DNA of 64,000 nucleotides from Escherichia coli (GTDB lineage Bacteria; Pseudomonadota; Gammaproteobacteria; Enterobacterales; Enterobacteriaceae): NCBI RefSeq assembly GCF_044324875.1, contig NZ_CP172185.1; one strand, 5' to 3'. Shown piece by piece: positions 51,910 to 64,000 of this stretch (position 1 is its first letter; each line of letters starts with the position of its first letter). The notes under the pieces were generated by a model. It saw only the letters and a program-made list of their open reading frames with translations, ran no database searches and was not told where the DNA came from. The position numbers and the translations under genes were made by a program.

Positions 51910-52457
51910 TGAACAGTACACACCACTATGAGCAGTTGATTGAAATTTTTAATAGCTGCTTTGCCGATGATTTTAATACCCGTCTGATTAAAGGCGACGA
52001 CGAACCGATCTATCTTCCTGCTGATGCGGAAGTACCGTATAACCGAATCGTCTTTGCTCATGGCTTTTATGCCAGCGCAATTCATGAGATTTCGCACTGG
52101 TGTATTGCCGGGAAAGCGCGTCGTGAACAGATTGATTTCGGCTACTGGTATTGCCCGGACGGTCGCGATGCCCAAACGCAAAGCCAGTTTGAAGATGTTG
52201 AAGTGAAGCCGCAGGCGCTCGACTGGTTGTTCTGCGTGGCGGCGGGATATCCGTTTAACGTCAGTTGCGACAATCTGGAAGGGGATTTCGAACCGGACCG
52301 CGTGGTGTTTCAACGGCGGGTACATGCGCAGGTGATGGATTACCTGGCAAACGGCATTCCTGAACGCCCGGCACGCTTCATTAAAGCACTACAAAATTAT
52401 TATCACACGCCGGAACTTACGGCGGAACAGTTCCCGTGGCCGGAAGCGCTCAACTAA
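51909..52457 (+). CDS. epmC: EF-P hydroxylase EpmC (YfcM)
   Basis: 182 aa; synteny. Confidence 0.9.
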   Translation: MNSTHHYEQLIEIFNSCFADDFNTRLIKGDDEPIYLPADAEVPYNRIVFAHGFYASAIHEISHWCIAGKARREQIDFGYWYCPDGRDAQTQSQFEDVEVKPQALDWLFCVAAGYPFNVSCDNLEGDFEPDRVVFQRRVHAQVMDYLANGIPERPARFIKALQNYYHTPELTAEQFPWPEALN

Positions 52458-52490
52458 AGCCAGCGCCACGTTTTACAATGAGGAAAGAAG

Positions 52491-52769
52491 ATGATCGCGG
52501 AGTTTGAATCACGCATTCTGGCATTAATCGACGGTATGGTTGACCATGCCAGTGATGATGAGTTGTTTGCCAGTGGGTATTTGCGTGGCCACCTGACATT
52601 AGCCATCGCAGAACTGGAAAGTGGTGATGACCACTCCGCCCAGGCGGTACATACGACCGTTAGCCAGAGTCTGGAAAAAGCCATTGGTGCCGGTGAGTTG
52701 TCACCGCGAGACCAGGCGCTGGTGACCGATATGTGGGAAAACCTGTTTCAGCAGGCGTCACAGCAGTAA
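52491..52769 (+). CDS. yfcL: YfcL family protein
   Basis: 92 aa; synteny. Confidence 0.85.
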
Positions 52770-52776
52770 GTAATGT

Positions 52777-52806
52777 GCCGGATAAGGCGTTCACGCCGCA
52801 TCCGGC
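52777..52806. repeat. REP (repetitive extragenic palindromic) element
   Basis: gccggataaggcgttcacgccgcatccggc, canonical E. coli REP, between convergent yfcL and mnmC. Confidence 0.8.
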
Positions 52807-52824
52807 AAACACTGCCAAAGGAGA

Positions 52825-54897
<2,073 letters not shown>

Positions 54898-54989
54898 CTA
54901 TTAATTGGCTGATCGGACTTGTTCGGCGTACAAGTGTACGCTATTGTGCATTCGAAACTTACTCTATGTGCGACTTACAGAGGTATTGA

Positions 54990-56210
54990 ATGAAACGTGC
55001 AGTGATTACTGGCCTGGGCATTGTTTCCAGCATCGGTAATAACCAGCAGGAAGTCCTGGCATCTCTGCGTGAAGGACGTTCAGGGATCACTTTCTCTCAG
55101 GAGCTGAAGGATTCCGGCATGCGTAGCCACGTCTGGGGCAACGTAAAACTGGATACCACTGGCCTCATTGACCGCAAAGTTGTGCGCTTTATGAGCGACG
55201 CATCCATTTATGCATTCCTTTCTATGGAGCAGGCAATTGCAGATGCTGGCCTCTCCCCGGAAGCTTACCAGAATAACCCGCGCGTTGGCCTGATTGCAGG
55301 TTCCGGCGGCGGTTCCCCGCGTTTTCAGGTGTTCGGCGCTGACGCAATGCGTGGCCCGCGCGGCCTGAAAGCGGTTGGCCCGTATGTGGTCACCAAAGCG
55401 ATGGCATCTGGCGTTTCTGCCTGCCTCGCCACGCCGTTTAAAATTCACGGTGTAAACTACTCCATCAGCTCCGCGTGTGCGACCTCCGCACACTGTATCG
55501 GTAACGCAGTAGAGCAGATCCAACTGGGCAAACAGGACATCGTGTTTGCTGGTGGCGGCGAAGAGCTGTGCTGGGAAATGGCTTGTGAATTCGACGCGAT
55601 GGGTGCGCTGTCTACCAAATACAACGACACTCCGGAAAAAGCCTCCCGTACTTATGACGCTCACCGTGACGGTTTCGTTATCGCTGGCGGCGGCGGTATG
55701 GTGGTGGTCGAAGAACTGGAACACGCGTTGGCACGTGGTGCTCATATCTACGCTGAAATCGTTGGCTACGGCGCAACGTCTGATGGCGCAGACATGGTTG
55801 CTCCGTCTGGCGAAGGCGCAGTGCGTTGCATGAAGATGGCGATGCACGGTGTTGATACCCCAATCGACTACCTGAACTCCCACGGTACTTCGACTCCGGT
55901 TGGCGACGTGAAAGAGCTGGCGGCTATCCGTGAAGTGTTCGGCGATAAGAGCCCGGCGATTTCTGCAACCAAAGCAATGACCGGTCACTCTCTGGGCGCT
56001 GCTGGCGTACAGGAAGCTATCTACTCTCTGCTGATGCTGGAACACGGCTTTATCGCCCCGAGCATCAACATTGAAGAGCTGGACGAGCAGGCTGCGGGTC
56101 TGAACATCGTGACCGAAACGACCGATCGCGAACTGACCACCGTGATGTCTAACAGCTTCGGCTTCGGCGGCACCAACGCCACGCTGGTAATGCGCAAGCT
56201 GAAAGATTAA
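54990..56210 (+). CDS. fabB: 3-oxoacyl-ACP synthase I FabB
   Basis: 406 aa [33 protein letters not shown].... Confidence 0.95.
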
Positions 56211-56296
56211 TTCGCAGTAGGCCGGAGTAGGTCGGATAAGACGCGCCAGCATCGCATCCGACATTACGCGCCAATGCGGCCTCCGGCACTAACGCC

Positions 56297-56324
56297 AAAG
56301 GGAACCTGATGGTTCCCTTTTTCA
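56297..56324 (+). terminator. intrinsic terminator downstream of fabB
   Basis: aagggaacc-tgat-ggttccctt followed by a T-run; a REP-like sequence lies just upstream at ~56220-56275. Confidence 0.7.
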
Positions 56325-56481
56325 CATTATTGACAATCGCCGCCTGTTCCAGGCAAACTTCCCGCTTTGTCGATTTCCTTCTGAAAAGACGTACGCGTTA
56401 AATCCTGCCAACGCACCGTAACCCTGAAACCAGAGAGATGAGACGGGGAAATTCCTCGCCTTGCGCTGCATTCTGGAGTAA

Positions 56482-58655
<2,174 letters not shown>

Positions 58656-58753
58656 TACGTATCCTTATACCTGAAATCTTCGCAAGTATGCCTGGCCGCG
58701 AGATTATGGCACACTTGTCCGGTTAACTCTCGTCTCATACAGGTAACACAAAC

Positions 58754-59890
58754 GTGAAAATCCTTGTTGATGAAAATATGCCTTATGCCCGCGACTTATT
58801 TAGCCGTTTGGGTGAGGTGACCGCGGTTCCCGGGCGTCCAATCCCCGTCGCTCAACTGGCAGACGCGGATGCGCTGATGGTGCGTTCGGTCACGAAAGTG
58901 AATGAATCTTTGCTGGCAGGAAAACACATTAAATTTGTTGGCACTGCCACTGCGGGGACCGACCATGTCGATGAAGCATGGTTGAAGCAGGCGGGAATTG
59001 GTTTTTCCGCTGCACCTGGCTGTAATGCGATTGCGGTGGTGGAATATGTTTTCTCCTCCCTGCTGATGCTTGCCGAACGCGATGGATTTTCACTGCGCGA
59101 GCGTACCGTGGGGATCGTGGGCGTTGGTAACGTTGGTCGGCGTTTACAGGCTCGACTGGAAGCGTTAGGGATTAAAACCTTACTTTGCGATCCGCCTCGC
59201 GCCGACCGTGGGGATGAGGGTGATTTCCGCTCGCTGGATGAATTAGTTCAGCATGCGGATATTCTGACTTTCCATACGCCACTCTTTAAAGATGGTCCGT
59301 ACAAAACGCTACATCTGGCGGATGAAAAACTGATCCGTAGCCTGAAGCCCGGAGCGATTCTGATTAACGCCTGCCGTGGCGCAGTCGTCGATAATACTGC
59401 CCTATTGACCTGTCTGAACGAAGGCCAGAAGTTAAGCGTAGTGCTGGATGTCTGGGAAGGCGAACCGGAACTCAACGTGGAATTGCTGAAAAAAGTGGAT
59501 ATCGGCACGCCGCATATCGCAGGCTATACCCTGGAAGGTAAAGCACGCGGTACTACGCAAGTGTTTGAAGCCTATAGCAAGTTTATTGGGCATGAACAAC
59601 ACGTTGCGCTGGATACGTTGCTGCCCGCGCCAGAGTTTGGCCGCATTACGCTGCATGGTCCGCTCGATCAACCGACGCTGAAAAGGCTGGTGCATTTGGT
59701 GTATGATGTGCGCCGCGATGACGCACCGCTGCGTAAAGTCGCCGGAATACCGGGTGAGTTCGATAAGCTGCGCAAAAACTATCTTGAGCGCCGTGAATGG
59801 TCATCTCTGTATGTGATTTGTGATGACGCCAGTGCGGCATCATTGCTGTGTAAACTGGGTTTTAACGCCGTTCATCATCCGGCACGTTAA
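58754..59890 (+). CDS. pdxB: erythronate-4-phosphate dehydrogenase PdxB
   Basis: 378 aa [22 protein letters not shown]...; NAD-binding [12 protein letters not shown]. Confidence 0.95.
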   Translation: MKILVDENMPYARDLFSRLGEVTAVPGRPIPVAQLADADALMVRSVTKVNESLLAGKHIKFVGTATAGTDHVDEAWLKQAGIGFSAAPGCNAIAVVEYVFSSLLMLAERDGFSLRERTVGIVGVGNVGRRLQARLEALGIKTLLCDPPRADRGDEGDFRSLDELVQHADILTFHTPLFKDGPYKTLHLADEKLIRSLKPGAILINACRGAVVDNTALLTCLNEGQKLSVVLDVWEGEPELNVELLKKVDIGTPHIAGYTLEGKARGTTQVFEAYSKFIGHEQHVALDTLLPAPEFGRITLHGPLDQPTLKRLVHLVYDVRRDDAPLRKVAGIPGEFDKLRKNYLERREWSSLYVICDDASAASLLCKLGFNAVHHPAR

Positions 59891-59955
59891 TCTCTTCTTC
59901 ATGCTCTCTGCTGTAATATTGGCAGGGAGCTTTGCTATTTCTGGAGTAAACCACC

Positions 59956-60969
59956 ATGTCTGAAGGCTGGAACATTGCCGTCCTGGGCGCAACTGGCGCT
60001 GTGGGCGAAGCCCTGCTTGAAACGCTGGCTGAACGTCAGTTCCCGGTTGGGGAAATTTATGCACTGGCACGTAACGAAAGCGCAGGCGAACAACTGCGCT
60101 TTGGTGGTAAGACAATCACCGTGCAGGATGCCGCTGAATTCGACTGGACGCAGGCACAGCTGGCGTTTTTTGTCGCAGGCAAAGAAGCTACCGCTGCCTG
60201 GGTTGAAGAAGCGACCAACTCAGGTTGCCTGGTGATCGATAGCAGCGGATTGTTTGCTCTCGAACCTGACGTACCGCTGGTGGTGCCGGAAGTAAACCCG
60301 TTTGTACTGACCGATTACCGCAACCGGAATGTCATCGCCGTACCGGACAGTCTGACCAGCCAACTGCTGGCGGCACTGAAACCGTTAATCGATCAGGGCG
60401 GTTTGTCGCGTATCAGCGTTACCAGCCTGATTTCAGCCTCCGCCCAGGGCAAAAAAGCGGTCGATGCGTTAGCGGGGCAGAGTGCGAAATTGCTCAACGG
60501 CATTCCGATTGATGAAGAAGATTTCTTCGGGCGTCAGCTGGCGTTCAACATGCTGCCGTTACTGCCGGATAGCGAAGGTAGCGTGCGTGAAGAACGTCGT
60601 ATCGTTGACGAAGTACGCAAAATCCTGCAGGACGAAGGGCTGATGATTTCGGCAAGCGTCGTCCAGGCACCGGTATTCTACGGTCATGCCCAGATGGTCA
60701 ACTTTGAAGCACTGCGTCCGCTGGCAGCAGAAGAAGCGCGTGATGCGTTTGCTCAGGGCGAAGATATTGTGCTCTCTGAAGAGAACGAATTCCCGACTCA
60801 GGTGGGGGATGCTTCTGGTACGCCGCATCTTTCCGTTGGCTGCGTACGTAATGACTACGGTATGCCGGAGCAAGTTCAGTTCTGGTCGGTGGCCGATAAC
60901 GTTCGCTTTGGCGGCGCGCTGATGGCAGTAAAAATCGCCGAGAAACTGGTGCAGGAGTATCTGTACTAA
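59956..60969 (+). CDS. usg: USG-1 protein (aspartate-semialdehyde dehydrogenase homolog)
   Basis: 337 aa, N-terminal Rossmann motif VLGATGAVG; precedes truA. Confidence 0.9.
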   Translation: MSEGWNIAVLGATGAVGEALLETLAERQFPVGEIYALARNESAGEQLRFGGKTITVQDAAEFDWTQAQLAFFVAGKEATAAWVEEATNSGCLVIDSSGLFALEPDVPLVVPEVNPFVLTDYRNRNVIAVPDSLTSQLLAALKPLIDQGGLSRISVTSLISASAQGKKAVDALAGQSAKLLNGIPIDEEDFFGRQLAFNMLPLLPDSEGSVREERRIVDEVRKILQDEGLMISASVVQAPVFYGHAQMVNFEALRPLAAEEARDAFAQGEDIVLSEENEFPTQVGDASGTPHLSVGCVRNDYGMPEQVQFWSVADNVRFGGALMAVKIAEKLVQEYLY

Positions 60970-61781
60970 TGTCCGACCAGCAACAACCGCCAGTTTATAA
61001 AATTGCGCTGGGCATTGAGTACGACGGCAGTAAGTATTACGGCTGGCAACGGCAGAACGAAGTCCGCAGTGTGCAGGAGAAGCTGGAAAAGGCGCTCTCC
61101 CAGGTGGCGAACGAACCGATCACCGTCTTCTGCGCCGGGCGTACTGACGCAGGTGTACACGGCACCGGGCAGGTTGTGCATTTCGAAACGACCGCGCAGC
61201 GCAAAGACGCTGCGTGGACGTTGGGCGTAAATGCGAATTTACCTGGTGACATCGCCGTGCGTTGGGTTAAAGCTGTACCTGATGATTTTCATGCCCGATT
61301 TAGCGCCACGGCTCGCCGTTATCGCTACATCATCTACAATCATCGGCTGCGCCCGGCGGTACTGAGTAAAGGGGTAACCCATTTTTACGAACCGCTGGAC
61401 GCTGAACGGATGCATCGGGCTGCGCAATGCTTGCTGGGCGAGAATGATTTCACCTCGTTCCGTGCGGTGCAGTGCCAGTCCCGAACCCCGTGGCGCAACG
61501 TTATGCATATTAATGTCACGCGTCACGGTCCTTATGTGGTGGTAGATATCAAAGCGAATGCCTTTGTACATCATATGGTCAGGAATATTGTCGGCAGCCT
61601 GATGGAAGTCGGTGCCCACAACCAGCCGGAGAGCTGGATAGCAGAGTTGCTGGCGGCAAAGGACAGAACGCTGGCGGCAGCAACGGCAAAAGCGGAAGGG
61701 CTGTATCTGGTCGCGGTGGATTACCCTGACCGGTATGATCTTCCAAAACCGCCAATGGGGCCGCTATTTCTGGCGGACTAA
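60969..61781 (+). CDS. truA: tRNA pseudouridine(38-40) synthase TruA
   Basis: 270 aa; [19 protein letters not shown] and catalytic [16 protein letters not shown]. Confidence 0.95.
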   Translation: MSDQQQPPVYKIALGIEYDGSKYYGWQRQNEVRSVQEKLEKALSQVANEPITVFCAGRTDAGVHGTGQVVHFETTAQRKDAAWTLGVNANLPGDIAVRWVKAVPDDFHARFSATARRYRYIIYNHRLRPAVLSKGVTHFYEPLDAERMHRAAQCLLGENDFTSFRAVQCQSRTPWRNVMHINVTRHGPYVVVDIKANAFVHHMVRNIVGSLMEVGAHNQPESWIAELLAAKDRTLAAATAKAEGLYLVAVDYPDRYDLPKPPMGPLFLAD

Positions 61782-61863
61782 CAAGAATAATGCTCGGAAC
61801 ATTTCAGGCTGTAGCCAACGTAGTTACAGCCTGAAAGATGACGAGTACAAGGCATAGGCTAAT

Positions 61864-62523
61864 ATGGACCTGATTTATTTCCTCATCGATTTTATCCTGC
61901 ACATTGACGTGCATCTGGCAGAACTGGTCGCGGAGTATGGCGTCTGGGTTTATGCCATTTTGTTCTTAATTTTGTTCTGTGAAACCGGTCTGGTGGTAAC
62001 GCCGTTTTTACCGGGTGATTCATTGCTGTTTGTTGCCGGTGCGTTGGCATCACTGGAAACCAACGATCTCAACGTCCATATGATGGTGGTGCTGATGCTG
62101 ATCGCCGCGATTGTGGGTGACGCGGTGAACTACACCATTGGACGGTTATTTGGTGACAAACTGTTCAGTAATCCGGATTCGAAAATCTTTCGTCGCAGTT
62201 ATCTTGATAAGACTCATCAGTTTTACGAGAAACATGGCGGCAAAACGATTATTCTCGCCCGTTTTGTGCCGATCGTCAGAACGTTCGCGCCGTTCGTTGC
62301 GGGAATGGGCCACATGTCGTATCGTCATTTCGCCGCTTTTAACGTCATCGGCGCGTTGCTATGGGTACTGATTTTTACCTACGCGGGTTATTTCTTCGGA
62401 ACGCTCCCCTTCATTCAGAGCAACCTTAAACTGATGATTGTTGGCATTATTTTTGTTTCAATATTGCCAGGTGTTTTCGAATTTATTCGCCACAAACGCG
62501 CTGCGGCACGCGCCGCAAAATAA
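61864..62523 (+). CDS. dedA: DedA family inner membrane protein
   Basis: 219-aa membrane protein; synteny. Confidence 0.9.
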   Translation: MDLIYFLIDFILHIDVHLAELVAEYGVWVYAILFLILFCETGLVVTPFLPGDSLLFVAGALASLETNDLNVHMMVVLMLIAAIVGDAVNYTIGRLFGDKLFSNPDSKIFRRSYLDKTHQFYEKHGGKTIILARFVPIVRTFAPFVAGMGHMSYRHFAAFNVIGALLWVLIFTYAGYFFGTLPFIQSNLKLMIVGIIFVSILPGVFEFIRHKRAAARAAK

Positions 62524-62678
62524 AAAGTAACTCCGCGGTTCGACCACTTTTTTATCCAAAGTTTCGGGCTGTTATGTTTTAATGTGCAACATTCATGGTC
62601 TGTTGGGGGCAAAAATGGCATTATGCGTCCCCAAAGATAAAACTGGCATCGAACCAGGTTCAGACAGAAAGGTCCCTA

Positions 62679-63593
62679 ATGAGCTGGATTGAACGAATTA
62701 AAAGCAACATTACTCCCACCCGCAAGGCGAGCATTCCTGAAGGGGTGTGGACTAAGTGTGATAGCTGCGGTCAGGTTTTATACCGCGCTGAGCTGGAACG
62801 TAATCTTGAGGTCTGTCCGAAGTGTGACCATCACATGCGTATGACAGCGCGTAATCGCCTGCATAGCCTGTTAGATGAAGGAAGCCTTGTGGAGCTGGGT
62901 AGCGAGCTTGAGCCGAAAGATGTGCTGAAGTTTCGTGACTCCAAGAAGTATAAAGACCGTCTGGCATCTGCGCAGAAAGAAACCGGCGAAAAAGATGCGC
63001 TGGTGGTGATGAAAGGCACCCTGTATGGAATGCCAGTTGTCGCTGCGGCATTCGAGTTCGCCTTTATGGGCGGTTCCATGGGGTCTGTGGTAGGTGCACG
63101 TTTCGTGCGTGCCGTTGAGCAGGCGCTGGAAGATAACTGCCCACTGATCTGCTTCTCCGCCTCTGGTGGCGCACGTATGCAGGAAGCACTGATGTCGCTG
63201 ATGCAGATGGCGAAAACCTCTGCGGCGCTGGCAAAAATGCAGGAGCGCGGCTTGCCGTACATCTCCGTGCTGACCGACCCGACCATGGGTGGTGTTTCTG
63301 CAAGTTTCGCCATGCTGGGCGATCTCAACATCGCTGAACCGAAAGCGTTAATCGGCTTTGCCGGTCCGCGTGTTATCGAACAGACCGTTCGCGAAAAACT
63401 GCCGCCAGGATTCCAGCGCAGTGAATTCCTGATCGAGAAGGGCGCGATCGACATGATCGTCCGTCGTCCGGAAATGCGCCTGAAACTGGCGAGTATTCTG
63501 GCGAAGTTGATGAATCTGCCAGCGCCGAATCCTGAAGCGCCGCGTGAAGGCGTAGTGGTGCCACCGGTACCAGATCAGGAACCTGAGGCCTGA
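62679..63593 (+). CDS. accD: acetyl-CoA carboxylase carboxyltransferase beta subunit AccD
   Basis: 304 aa from [13 protein letters not shown]; zinc ribbon CDSCGQVLY...CPKCDHH; the ORF track's upstream extension is not used. Confidence 0.95.
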
Positions 63594-63662
63594 TAACTGA
63601 TAAGGGCAGGGCCACTGGCTCTGCCCTTTTGCTATTCTCACCGTAACGAATCAGCGGATACC

Positions 63663-64000
63663 ATGATTATCAAACGCACTCCTCAAGCCGCGTCGCCTCT
63701 GGCTTCGTGGCTTTCTTATCTGGAAAACCTGCACAGTAAAACTATCGATCTCGGCCTTGAGCGCGTGAGCCAGGTCGCGGCGCGTCTTGGCGTTCTGAAA
63801 CCAGCGCCATTTGTGTTTACCGTTGCGGGTACGAATGGCAAAGGCACCACCTGCCGTACGCTGGAGTCGATTCTGATGGCGGCAGGGTACAAAGTGGGCG
63901 TCTACAGTTCACCGCATCTGGTGCGTTATACCGAGCGCGTACGTGTGCAGGGGCAGGAATTGCCGGAATCGGCCCACACCGCCTCTTTTGCGGAGATTGA
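63663..64000 (+). CDS. folC: dihydrofolate/folylpolyglutamate synthase FolC (5' portion, truncated by window end)
   Basis: Begins MIIKRTPQAASPLASWLSYLENLH... with P-loop TVAGTNGKGTT; runs off the window. Confidence 0.9.
   Translation, partial: MIIKRTPQAASPLASWLSYLENLHSKTIDLGLERVSQVAARLGVLKPAPFVFTVAGTNGKGTTCRTLESILMAAGYKVGVYSSPHLVRYTERVRVQGQELPESAHTASFAEI

Overview
This window is an Escherichia coli chromosomal segment, read in reverse orientation relative to K-12, running from dsdX/dsdC to accD/folC. The right ~34 kb is conserved core genome (yfdC, mlaA, yfdF, fadL, yfcZ, fadIJ, sixA, the yfcOPQRSUV fimbrial operon, smrB, prmB, aroC, mepA, yfcA, epmC, yfcL, mnmC, fabB, yfcJ, flk, pdxB, usg, truA, dedA, accD, folC start). 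The left ~30 kb is accessory DNA in two parts. First, next to dsdC, a UPEC-type locus: two FimB/FimE-like recombinases (ipuA/ipbA-like), a LuxR-type regulator (ipuR-like) and a 2637-aa autotransporter (upaE-like), followed by an Skp/OmpH-like chaperone paralog. Second, a ~15.4 kb P4-like satellite island at tRNA-Arg (argW), bounded by the tRNA 3' end and an imperfect direct repeat at ~14746. The island carries a P4-type integrase, AlpA, a primase-helicase, a second P2-type tyrosine recombinase, a highly structured repeat region, an IS21-family insertion with 5-bp target duplication, and an Ogr/Delta-like zinc-finger gene. At its int-distal end sit a translationally coupled two-gene operon of unrecognisable proteins and a PemI/PemK (MazEF)-like toxin-antitoxin pair. 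That end is where P4-like elements typically carry variable anti-phage cargo, so the two-gene operon is the strongest candidate for an undescribed system here. All calls are from reading the sequence and ORF translations; no database search was run.
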